From: Dehalococcoidia bacterium
GTDB lineage: Bacteria; Chloroflexota; Dehalococcoidia; Bin125
Direction: 5' to 3'
Length of the DNA stretch: 64,000 bases
NCBI GenBank assembly: GCA_963555985.3
Contig: OY820591.1
Location: 992,001-1,056,000, forward strand
The notes under the pieces were generated by a model, which did no database searches, was not told the DNA's origin, and saw only the letters and a list, made by a program, of their open reading frames with translations. The position numbers and the translations under genes were made by a program. This document shows positions 21,044-31,746 of the stretch, piece after piece (the stretch's first letter is position 1; every line of letters begins with the position of its first letter).

Positions 21044-21309
21044 GCCGATCCCTCCACCGGAATCACGCTGACCTTCTTGCGCCGCCCGCGAGCATAGGGC
21101 GAGAACTTGACCGTGCCATCCGCGAGCGCGAACAGCGTGTGATCGCGCCCCACGCCCACCTGATCGCCCGCGTGAATCCGAGTCCCCCGCTGGCGCACGA
21201 TGATACCGCCGGTGCGCACAAACTGCCCGTCGTACAGCTTGACGCCCAAGCGCTTGGAGTTGCTGTCACGCCCATTGCGGGACGATCCGACGCCCTTCTT
21301 GTGTGCCAT
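21040..21309 (-). CDS. rpmA: 50S ribosomal protein L27
   Basis: [22 protein letters not shown]. Confidence 0.97.
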   Translation of the reverse strand: MAHKKGVGSSRNGRDSNSKRLGVKLYDGQFVRTGGIIVRQRGTRIHAGDQVGVGRDHTLFALADGTVKFSPYARGRRKKVSVIPVEGSA

Positions 21310-21319
21310 CGGATGCTCC

Positions 21320-21820
21320 TCAGTCCTCTGATTCAGCCGCGTCGGTCTCGTCGCCCGCGGCCTCGATCTCGTCGTCGACCTCATCGACGGCGGTGTCGTC
21401 GTCGCTCGCCAGCTCTTCGGCAGGCTCCTCAACGATTGCTTCCGCGACAGGCTCCGCGGCCTCCGCGACCCAACTTTGCTCGCCCAGCGTCAACTCGTCG
21501 ATCCGCAACTGCGTCTCATACTGTCGATGTCCACGCAAGCGGCGGTAGCGGGTCTTGTTCTTGTACTTGAAGACGGCAATCTTGCGACCGCGGCGCTGAT
21601 CCGTGATCTCCGCGCTCACGCTCGCGTCCGCGACGGTCGGCGAACCAACCGCCACCGCACCGTCGTCGCCCCGCATCATCAAGACCTGATCGAAGGTCAC
21701 GCGGTCGCCCGCAGCCCCATCCAATCGCTCAACTACGAGCCGCTGACCCGGCTTCACTCGATACTGCTTGCCGCCGGTGCGGATCACCGCATAAGCGTCG
21801 GCCGAAGGTGTGCTGCTCAT
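21320..21820 (-). CDS. rplU: 50S ribosomal protein L21 with acidic C-terminal extension
   Basis: [29 protein letters not shown]. Confidence 0.96.
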   Translation of the reverse strand: MSSTPSADAYAVIRTGGKQYRVKPGQRLVVERLDGAAGDRVTFDQVLMMRGDDGAVAVGSPTVADASVSAEITDQRRGRKIAVFKYKNKTRYRRLRGHRQYETQLRIDELTLGEQSWVAEAAEPVAEAIVEEPAEELASDDDTAVDEVDDEIEAAGDETDAAESED

Positions 21821-21933
21821 CGTCGTCTCGTTGATTGGGTAGGTGAGCTACGTGTGATCTCAGCCTAGAGCGCGGCTTGGCTCGGTCAAGCCGCGCAGCC
21901 GAGGGTCGGTAGAGCCGGTTACGTTGACGCGAC

Positions 21934-23943
21934 CTATTCGCCCGACTGGTATCGGTTGGAACTGCCGCCCCAGGCCAGACCCGGCTTCGGCGGCATCACC
22001 GGTTCGCGTTCGTCGTCGCTGCCGAGCGTTGGTGACGCCGGCGGCGGTGTCGGTTCCGGCGGTGGTGGCGGCGGCGCAACCTCCGGCTGCGGGTCGCCGG
22101 GCTGCCAGGCCAGAATCGCGCGCAGCGCTTCGCCCTCCAGCGTTTCCACCTCCATCAAGCGCGTCGCCAGTAAGTCCAATTGCTCCCGGTTGCGCCGCAA
22201 GATCGTGCGAGCGCGGTCGCGGGCCCGGTCGATGATCTCGCGCAACTCTTCGTCGATCTGCTCAGCGACGGTTTCGGAGTAGTCGCGCTGCTCCGAGATA
22301 TCGCGTCCCAGGAAGACGAGCGACTCTTTCTTGCCGAATGTCCGCGCTCCCAAACGCTCACTCATCCCCCACTGCGTGATCATCGCCCGCGCGATCTGCG
22401 TCACCTTACTGAGGTCGTCGTGAGCGCCTGTGGTCATCTCGCCGAAGACGATCTCTTCAGCCGCATGACCGCCCAGCGCCGAGGACATGAAGCCCTCGTA
22501 GTACGTCTTCCCGGCAAGCCGATGCTCCGACTCCGGCAGATAGCGGGTATACCCGCCCGCCATCCCGCGCGGCACGATCGTGACCTTATGCACCGGATCG
22601 TGACCAGGGATGTGCGCCGCCACAAGCGCGTGACCTGCCTCATGGAAGGCCACCACTTCCTTCTCCCGCCCGACCAACAACCGGCTCTTGCGCTCAGGCC
22701 CGGCCATCACTCGATCAACCGCCTCCTCCACCTCCGCCTGCGTGATCCGCTTCTTCTGCCGTCGCGCCGCGAGAATCGCCGCCTCGTTGAGCAAGTTCGC
22801 CAACTCCGCCCCGGAGAATCCCGGCGTCTCCTTAGCGATCGTGTGCAGATCGACCTCCTCCGAGAGCGGCTTGCCCCGAACGTGTACGCCCAGAATCGCC
22901 TCGCGCCCCTTCACGTCCGGCGCATCCAGCACCACCCGCCGGTCAAACCGACCAGGACGTAGCAACGCCGGATCAAGAATGTCGGGCCGGTTCGTGGCCG
23001 CCACCACGATCACGTTGGTGTTCGTGTCAAAACCGTCCATCTCAACCAAAATCTGGTTGAGCGTCTGTTCGCGCTCGTCATGGCTGCCGCCCACGCCCGC
23101 TCCGCGTTGCCGCCCCACCGCATCGATCTCGTCCACGAACACGATGCAGGGCGCATTCCGCTTCGCCTGTTCGAACAGGTCGCGCACCCGGCTCGCGCCG
23201 ACACCTACGAACATCTCCACAAACTCAGACCCCGAAATGCTGAAGAAGGGCACGCCCGCCTCACCGGCAACCGCTCGCGCCAGCAGCGTCTTACCCGTAC
23301 CCGGAGGCCCAACCAACAGCACACCGCGCGGAATCCGCGCCCCCAGAGACGCAAAGCGCTCGGGGAATTTCAGAAATTCAACGACCTCTTGCAACTCTTC
23401 CTTCGACTCGTCCGCGCCCGCCACATCGTTGAACGTCACCGTCGGGCGATTCGCCGTCACCAGGCGAGCCTTGCTCTTACCGAACGACATCGCCTGCGAA
23501 CCCTGTCCCTGCGCCTGACGCAGGAAAAAGATGATGATCCCGATGATCAGCAGGAACGGCAAGAACGAAATGAAGAGCGAAAGGATCGTGCTGCCAAAGC
23601 CCCCGCCCCCGCCGACCTCAACGTTGGGGAATCCCTGTCCGGCGACGTCAATGCCCTCGCGATCGAGGAACTCGAAGAAGTCAAACCCGGTTTCTGGAAT
23701 GTTGGCCGAGTACGACTCCTGACCGTCGCGGTAGCTGAGAACGACTTTGCTCTCCTCAACCTTGACCGTCTCAATCAAACCCTGCTGCCCTTCAATCCGT
23801 CCCAACAGCGATTCAGGCCCGCCCGCCAGCGGAATCGTGTTCGAACTCCCGCCGCGCGGGAACACGGAAAACACGACCACGATCAGTACCACGAAAATCA
23901 GCAGATAGACCAGGAAACTGCGCCTGAACCGAGAGCCGCCCAT
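21934..23943 (-). CDS. ftsH: ATP-dependent zinc metalloprotease FtsH
   Basis: Two TM segments, [16 protein letters not shown]. Confidence 0.96.
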   Translation of the reverse strand: MGGSRFRRSFLVYLLIFVVLIVVVFSVFPRGGSSNTIPLAGGPESLLGRIEGQQGLIETVKVEESKVVLSYRDGQESYSANIPETGFDFFEFLDREGIDVAGQGFPNVEVGGGGGFGSTILSLFISFLPFLLIIGIIIFFLRQAQGQGSQAMSFGKSKARLVTANRPTVTFNDVAGADESKEELQEVVEFLKFPERFASLGARIPRGVLLVGPPGTGKTLLARAVAGEAGVPFFSISGSEFVEMFVGVGASRVRDLFEQAKRNAPCIVFVDEIDAVGRQRGAGVGGSHDEREQTLNQILVEMDGFDTNTNVIVVAATNRPDILDPALLRPGRFDRRVVLDAPDVKGREAILGVHVRGKPLSEEVDLHTIAKETPGFSGAELANLLNEAAILAARRQKKRITQAEVEEAVDRVMAGPERKSRLLVGREKEVVAFHEAGHALVAAHIPGHDPVHKVTIVPRGMAGGYTRYLPESEHRLAGKTYYEGFMSSALGGHAAEEIVFGEMTTGAHDDLSKVTQIARAMITQWGMSERLGARTFGKKESLVFLGRDISEQRDYSETVAEQIDEELREIIDRARDRARTILRRNREQLDLLATRLMEVETLEGEALRAILAWQPGDPQPEVAPPPPPPEPTPPPASPTLGSDDEREPVMPPKPGLAWGGSSNRYQSGE

Positions 23944-24135
23944 CAGCTCACCCTCTCCAGCCGAGCGCGAACGCCGGGTTGCGATGCACCCGAAGCCGCA
24001 TCGCAGACGCGCCGTCCGCGTCAATGCACCACGCCCCCTGAGCATATCGCACCAAGACCGCCGCGACGGTCAAACTCACGTGAACTCGCAACCCTCTGCG
24101 ATCAGCTTCCCGTGTAGCGCGCCTAGACTCTGCCC

Positions 24136-24807
24136 GTGCCCCAACCGCGAACGACCGCCCGCCGCCCCGACCGCCGCCGCGAACTCCGCGCTTGGCGCGC
24201 GGGTCTGGAGTTCGTCGTGGGCGTCGATGAAGTCGGACGCGGCCCACTCGCAGGCCCGCTCCTGATCGCCGCCGTTGTGCTTCCCAGCGATCATCGCCCC
24301 GCTTGGCTGTCGGACGTACGCGACAGCAAGCAACTCCCACCGTCCGAGCGCGAGCGTCTCGCCCCGCTGATTCGCGCAGACGCCCAAGCGACCGCCATCG
24401 GCTGGGTGCAGCCCCGCGAACTCGATCAAGTCGGACTCAGCGCCGCGCTCCGTCTCGCAGCCCGCCGCGCGCTTGCCCTATTGCCCCGAGCGCCTGACCT
24501 CGTACTTGCCGATGGACGCGATGATCTCCAACTGCCCTATCCGACCGAGATGGTCGTCAAAGGCGATGCTACCGTCGCCTCCATCGCCGCAGCCTCCATC
24601 TTGGCCAAAGCCGCCCGCGACGCCTGGATGCGGCAACTGGATGTTCGCTATCCCCACTACGGCTTTGCCCGACACAAGGGCTACCCGGCGCCGAAACACC
24701 TCGAAGCCTTGCGCAGATTCGGGCCCTGCCCCGAACACCGTCGCTCCTTCGCCCCCGTCGCAGCCGCACTGCAATCGTCGCTGGCGCTCCACGATGCCGC
24801 CGGCTGA
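24136..24807 (+). CDS. rnhB: Ribonuclease HII
   Basis: GVDEVGRGPLAGP, DSKQL, KGD...SIAAASILAK, HKGY. Confidence 0.94.
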   Translation: MPQPRTTARRPDRRRELRAWRAGLEFVVGVDEVGRGPLAGPLLIAAVVLPSDHRPAWLSDVRDSKQLPPSERERLAPLIRADAQATAIGWVQPRELDQVGLSAALRLAARRALALLPRAPDLVLADGRDDLQLPYPTEMVVKGDATVASIAAASILAKAARDAWMRQLDVRYPHYGFARHKGYPAPKHLEALRRFGPCPEHRRSFAPVAAALQSSLALHDAAG

Positions 24808-25204
24808 ACCGAAGCGAGACGACCGCCGCGCGCTTGGCGCCGCCGCCGAAGACTACGCCGCAAACTGGCTGGCGAATCGCGGCTATCAAATCGTCCAACG
24901 CAACTACCGTCGCGCTTGGGGCGAAGCCGACATCATCGCCCGCGATCCGCAGGACGACTGCACCGTGATCGTCGAAGTCCGCAGCCGCCGCGACCCCCGT
25001 CGCGGCGTCGACGCCTTGCTCTCAGTTGACGCGCGCAAGCAGCGCCAGCTCCTGCGAATCGCACACGGCCTGCTCTCCGAGTCGGAGACGGAGCACGATC
25101 TGCGCATCGACATCATCATCGTCGGTGGCGATCCCGACCGGGGCTTCCGCATCCTCGCTCACCTGGAGAACGCGCTCGAAGACGCCGAACTGGACGATGA
25201 GTAG
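24794..25204 (+). CDS. YraN family (UPF0102) nuclease-like protein
   Basis: LG..AE..A..WL...GY.IV.RNYR..WGEADII..IVEVRSR; follows rnhB. Confidence 0.88.
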   Translation: MPPAEPKRDDRRALGAAAEDYAANWLANRGYQIVQRNYRRAWGEADIIARDPQDDCTVIVEVRSRRDPRRGVDALLSVDARKQRQLLRIAHGLLSESETEHDLRIDIIIVGGDPDRGFRILAHLENALEDAELDDE

Positions 25205-25242
25205 GCGGACGCCCAGCCCTGCGGCGATACACTCGATCCACG

Positions 25243-25512
25243 ATGCCCATCTACGAATACCACTGCCCCGACTGCGCTCGCACGGTTGAGGTCTTCCAGC
25301 GCCGGACACGCGCCGAGGGCGACCCACTGCCATCCTGCCCACAATGCGGTGGTAGCCAACTGGAGACCCGCTTCTCGCGCTTTCGCTCCCGAACCGAACT
25401 CAGCTTCCCCGGTTTCGACACCCTCGACGACGTCGACGCCGACGATCCCGAATCCGTCGCCGCCTGGCGCAAGTCCGCCGGCGCCTCCGAAGAACTGCCC
25501 GCTGATCTCTAA
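25243..25512 (+). CDS. FmdB-family zinc-ribbon protein
   Basis: MPIYEYHCPDC...CPQCG. Confidence 0.88.
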   Translation: MPIYEYHCPDCARTVEVFQRRTRAEGDPLPSCPQCGGSQLETRFSRFRSRTELSFPGFDTLDDVDADDPESVAAWRKSAGASEELPADL

Positions 25513-25538
25513 CGCTCCCAACCACGCAGAGGACGACT

Positions 25539-25883
25539 ATGCCGATCTACGAGTACCGCTGCCAATCCTGCGGCAAAATCACCGAGGCCTTTCACCGCTC
25601 CCTGGATCGCGCCGTCATCCCCGACTGCGAGTCCTGCGGCGGCTCCGCAATGGAACGCGCCGTCTCACGCTTCGCCACCCCAAAAACCGAGTCCCAAGTC
25701 CTGGAACAGTACGGCTCACCAGGCCCGGGAGCTGGCCCCGACGCCTACCGAGACCCCCGCCAGATCGGCCGCTGGGCCGAAGAACGCTTCGAGCAAATGG
25801 GCGTCGAAATGCCAACCGAAGCCAAACAAATGATCGACGCCGCCCGAGATGGCGAACTCCCCGCCCCCGTCAAAGACCTCTAG
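25539..25883 (+). CDS. FmdB-family zinc-ribbon protein (second paralog)
   Basis: MPIYEYRCQSCG...CESCGG; RBS GAGGA. Confidence 0.88.
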   Translation: MPIYEYRCQSCGKITEAFHRSLDRAVIPDCESCGGSAMERAVSRFATPKTESQVLEQYGSPGPGAGPDAYRDPRQIGRWAEERFEQMGVEMPTEAKQMIDAARDGELPAPVKDL

Positions 25884-25919
25884 CAGGGTGCTGAAAAGTC
25901 AGACAACCCGCCAATATCC

Positions 25920-26128
25920 GTCATTCCTGCGCAGGCGGGAATCCATTCCCCTCTCCCCACGCATCGCGGAGCCTGTCCCCGCGCAGGGAGACCATTGCGA
26001 AAATCAAGAACCGTCATACCCGCGCTTGTCGCGGGTATCTCGTCGAGTCGAGCACCCAAGTCCATTCCAAACCTCCTCTGCTCCCGCACCGCGGGGGGAG
26101 AAGTCACGAAGTGACAGAGGGAGTCCGC
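25920..26128. repeat. Cluster of four REP-like palindromes
   Basis: GTCATTCCTGCGCAGGCGGGAATC (25920), CCCTCTCCCC..AGCCTGTCCCC (25949), GTCATACCCGCG..(26013), CTCCCGCACCGCGGGGGGAGAAGTCACGAAGTGACAGAGGG (26080). Confidence 0.85.
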
Positions 26129-26147
26129 CCCCCAACCCAACTGCAAT

Positions 26148-26415
26148 CCCCGCAACACCGGGAATCCACCACAGAACTCCCGTGCATATATCATCCCTTG
26201 TGACCGGCCTCCCCTCACAACCAACGAAACCCGCCATGACCATCAAACCCTGCCTGGACATTCCTGGACAAACCCGTACGCATACCCTCAATTCCGCTCC
26301 AAACGCTCCGAAATCTAGCCAAATCCGGCAAAATCTGGACAAATCTGGACTACCCATCGCCAAATACCAAGCCCACGCCGCCAAATTCGCCGCGCCCGCC
26401 CAGAAATTCCCCCGC
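26148..26415 (+). repeat. Dispersed cassette: promoter with LexA-like box plus 10-bp-phased repeats (homologous to 49870-50150)
   Basis: GAAC-TCCC-GTGC-ATA-TATCAT, CCCGCCATGACC, units AAATCTAGCC/AAATCCGGCA/AAATCTGGAC/AAATCTGGAC; colinear DNA similarity to 49870-50150. Contains a possible 75-aa ORF at 26236-26463. Confidence 0.7.
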
Positions 26416-26559
26416 GCCGCCAGCTGTGCGATCTACCGCATTGCCCGCGTAACACCCCCGTAATACCCTGCCTGCGTCCCCATCTGCTGGGCGCGCTTCT
26501 GCCAACGCGATCTCGGCTCGCGCGCTTCCCAATGCCCCGCTCAACCTGAGAGGAACTGC

Positions 26560-28626
<2,067 letters not shown>

Positions 28627-28647
28627 CGGGCCTCATCCTCTTCTGAT

Positions 28648-28681
28648 CCCCTCTCCCTCTGGGAGCGGGTTAGGGTGAGGG
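28648..28681. repeat. REP-like palindrome
   Basis: CCCTCTCCCTCTGGGAGCGGGTTAGGGTGAGGG, related to 9875-9928. Confidence 0.65.
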
Positions 28682-28904
28682 CTCCGCCGCACCTATTCCG
28701 AACGCTCCGCCGCCTCCTCGCGCGCGGAGCGTTCGCGCATCTGCTCCTGCAAGGCGCGTCCCGCATTCCCCGTCGCCAGAATCGTCAAGACCGCGCCGAT
28801 CAGTAACCCCAGAATCAGACCGATCAGAAACCGCATTGATGCCTCCGCTTGCTTCGTTGGTGTTCAGCGTAGACGGTACGATGTCACAGAAGGCTGGCTC
28901 ACCA

Positions 28905-29468
28905 ATGACGACGACTGCCCCAAAACTGCTGACCGCCGATGACCTGCTGCGCCTGTACAGCGAGGGTGTGTACGGCGAACTGATTCGCGGAGAACTGCAC
29001 GAAACCATGCCACCTGGAGAAGAGCACGGCACTGTCATGGCCGACATGACCATAGTGATTGGTGCGTTTGTCAAGCAGCAACGGCTCGGGCGAGTTACAG
29101 CAGGCGACGCCGGTGTCTGGATTGAGCGGGACCCGGATACGGTGCGCGGACCCGACATCGCGTTCTTCTCGACAGATCGGATGCAAGCGGGTCCACCACT
29201 GCCCGGTTACTCCGTGACAGTTCCCGATCTGGTCGTCGAAATCGTCTCTCCCAACGACAAGTCGCATGAGGTATACGACAAGGCGCGGATGTGGCTGAGT
29301 CACGGCGTGCGGGTGGTATGGGTGGTGCAGCCCGAAAGCCGGACAGTCGAGGTCCACCGCAGTGATGTTGGAGTCGAAGTCGTTTCCAGCGATGAAGAAC
29401 TTGATGGTGGCGATGTACTGCCAGGTTTTGCCTGTCGCGTCAGCGATATCCTCCCGCTTACCGAATAG
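28905..29468 (+). CDS. Uma2 family endonuclease
   Basis: ELIRGEL..MPPG.EHG, VRGPDIAF, PDLVVEIVSPND, GVRVVWVV.P, LPGF. Confidence 0.9.
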   Translation: MTTTAPKLLTADDLLRLYSEGVYGELIRGELHETMPPGEEHGTVMADMTIVIGAFVKQQRLGRVTAGDAGVWIERDPDTVRGPDIAFFSTDRMQAGPPLPGYSVTVPDLVVEIVSPNDKSHEVYDKARMWLSHGVRVVWVVQPESRTVEVHRSDVGVEVVSSDEELDGGDVLPGFACRVSDILPLTE

Positions 29469-29604
29469 CCCTTCCGGAGTGTGGTGCTTGGCGTACGGCA
29501 GAGCGTTGCAGTGCGTTCCCGTTCGCTCTGCCGGAGCAGGTGTCGTCGTACGCTCAACTGACATCGTGGAAACAGCCGATAGCCCCTCCAGAAAGGCGAC
29601 TGCA

Positions 29605-30915
29605 ATGAACGACGTCTCCCTCGACACCCTCGTCTCGCTCTGCAAACAGCGCGGCTTCGTCTTCCCCGCCTCCGAAATCTACGGCGGCTTCGGATCCACC
29701 TACGACTACGGCCCGCTCGGCGTCGAGCTGAAGCGCAACGTCAAGGAACTCTGGTGGCGCGCAACCGTGCGCGAGCGCTCCGACGTGGTCGGCCTCGACT
29801 CCGCCATCATCCAGTCACCCCGCGTCTGGGAAGCCTCAGGCCACGTCCAGAACTTCCACGATCCGATGGTCGACTGCCTCGAGTGCAAAGGCCGCTTCCG
29901 GGAGGACCACTTGGAGGGTCCGAACTGCCCCACCTGCGGCGCGAAGAACTCCTTCACCGAAGCGCGCGAGTTCAACCTCATGTTCCGCACCCAAGTAGGC
30001 CCCGTCGCCGAGGCCGGCTCCGAAGCCTTCCTCCGGCCCGAAACCGCCCAGGGCATCTTCATCAACTTCGAGAACGTCCTCCAGTCCACCCGCCGCCGCC
30101 TCCCCTTCGGCATCGCCCAACAAGGCAAGTCGTTCCGCAACGAGATCACGCTCGGCAACTTCATCTTTCGCACCCGCGAGTTCGAGCAGATGGAGATGGA
30201 GTACTTCGTCGCGCCCGACGAGGCCGACGAGTGGTACCGCCGTTGGATCGACCTTCGCGAACAGTGGTACGTCGATCTCGGCATCAACCCCGACAACCTC
30301 CGCCGCGATGTCCACCCAACCGAGAAACTCTCCCACTATTCAGCTGGCACCACCGACATCCAGTACCGCTACCCCTGGGGCTGGGATGAACTCGAAGGCA
30401 TCGCCAACCGCACCGACTTCGACCTCACCCAACACGGTCAATCCTCCGGCAAACGCCTCGAATACTTCGATCATCAAACCAACACCCACATCGTCCCCCA
30501 CGTGATCGAACCCGCCGCTGGCGTCGATCGCATCATGCTCGCCCTCCTCTGCGACGCCTACACCGTCACACCCGACGAAAAAGGCGACGACCGCACCATC
30601 CTCGCATTCGCGCCCCGCGTCGCCCCAATCACCGTCGCCGTGCTGCCGCTCTCACGCAAACAGCCCGTCGCCGACCTCGCCCGCGAAGTCTGGGCCAAAG
30701 TCCGTCCCCACTGGACCACCCAATACGACGACACCCAGTCAATCGGCCGCCGCTACCGCCGCCAAGACGAGATCGGCACCCCCCTCTGCATCACCGTCGA
30801 TTTCGAGTCCCTCGACGACGCCGCAGTCACAATCCGAGACCGAGACACGCAAGCCCAAGAGCGAGTAGCAATCGCGGAACTGGTAGACGCCCTCAGGTCC
30901 CGCCTGGGCTTCTAG
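29605..30915 (+). CDS. glyQS: Glycine--tRNA ligase (homodimeric class IIa type)
   Basis: CKQRGFVFP.SEIYGG, LRPETAQG, FRTREFEQME, ELEGIANRTDFDL, SIGRRYRRQDEIGTP. Confidence 0.95.
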   Translation: MNDVSLDTLVSLCKQRGFVFPASEIYGGFGSTYDYGPLGVELKRNVKELWWRATVRERSDVVGLDSAIIQSPRVWEASGHVQNFHDPMVDCLECKGRFREDHLEGPNCPTCGAKNSFTEAREFNLMFRTQVGPVAEAGSEAFLRPETAQGIFINFENVLQSTRRRLPFGIAQQGKSFRNEITLGNFIFRTREFEQMEMEYFVAPDEADEWYRRWIDLREQWYVDLGINPDNLRRDVHPTEKLSHYSAGTTDIQYRYPWGWDELEGIANRTDFDLTQHGQSSGKRLEYFDHQTNTHIVPHVIEPAAGVDRIMLALLCDAYTVTPDEKGDDRTILAFAPRVAPITVAVLPLSRKQPVADLAREVWAKVRPHWTTQYDDTQSIGRRYRRQDEIGTPLCITVDFESLDDAAVTIRDRDTQAQERVAIAELVDALRSRLGF

Positions 30916-30955
30916 TGCCTATACACATTGCCAGTCGCCAGGCCAAGACTTGCTC

Positions 30956-31182
30956 GTCATCCCCGCGATTGCCACAGAGCCTGTCCCGCGCAGGGAAACC
31001 CTTGCGTAAATCAAAGATCGTCATACCCGCGCTTGTCGCGGGTATCTCGCCGTTATCTGCACCGTCGTCGCTCTCACAGCGAGATTGCCGCGGCGGAGCG
31101 CGGCAATGACGAAGAACGTAGACTTTGGCAAAGCTCTCCGAAGATGGGAATCACTCGCCGCGTCCTGCACCGTCGTCGTGCC
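30956..31182. repeat. REP cluster including an inverted doublet (REPIN-like)
   Basis: 31020-31049 is followed 30 nt later by its inverted relative CGAGATTGCCGCGGCGGAGCGCGGCAATGAC (31080-31110). Confidence 0.85.
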
Positions 31183-31277
31183 TTGAGATTGCCGCGACAA
31201 TCAATGTGAAGAGCCCCTAGCCCTTGGTCTATCCCCGCAGGCAAGAGTGAATCAGACTGGCGATCCATCCGCACACA

Positions 31278-31317
31278 GAAACGCCCCCGTCTGCCCATCA
31301 GCAGGCGGGAGCGTCTC
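31278..31317 (-). terminator. Putative terminator hairpin downstream of ferredoxin
   Basis: GAAACGCCCCCGTCTGC...GCAGGCGGGAGCGTCTC imperfect stem, followed by a T-rich stretch on the minus strand. Confidence 0.45.
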
Positions 31318-31340
31318 GGAATGTCCGGGGGCGAATGGGG

Positions 31341-31622
31341 CTATGGCGCCAGTTCAGCGACCTTGCCGCGAGCTGCTTCTGGGTCCTCGTACCACTCCGC
31401 GTTGATCTCGGTGAACGCCTGCCACTCGTCCGGCACGTCGTCCTCCGCGAAGATCGCGGTCACCGGACAGGCCGGTTCGCAGGCGCCGCAGTCGATGCAC
31501 TCGTCCGGGCTGATGTAGAGCATGCGGTCGTCGTCGTCCGCGTGGATGCAGTCCACCGGGCACACTTCGACGCAAGACTGATCCTTCACGTCGATGCAGG
31601 GTTCGGCGATCACGTAGGTCAT
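31341..31622 (-). CDS. Ferredoxin (7Fe FdxA type)
   Basis: [26 protein letters not shown]...[12 protein letters not shown]. Confidence 0.94.
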   Translation of the reverse strand: MTYVIAEPCIDVKDQSCVEVCPVDCIHADDDDRMLYISPDECIDCGACEPACPVTAIFAEDDVPDEWQAFTEINAEWYEDPEAARGKVAELAP

Positions 31623-31746
31623 GAGTCTTCACCTCTCGCGCGTCTCGCCCCCGACCCGTGCGTCGGCGGCTATTCACTTATAGGGCTGCAATCGCCTGTT
31701 GGCAACACCTCACCCGCCCAAGCCCAAAATCCGATCGATCCAGCCC

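Noticed and set aside
26464-26559. Na+-sensing riboswitch upstream of hppA
   Set aside because: I cannot recognise a consensus by eye. An Infernal/Rfam search would be needed.
29469-29604. T-box riboswitch upstream of glycyl-tRNA synthetase
   Set aside because: The leader is short and lacks the T-box GGTGG.ACCGCG antiterminator motif; only a simple hairpin is seen.
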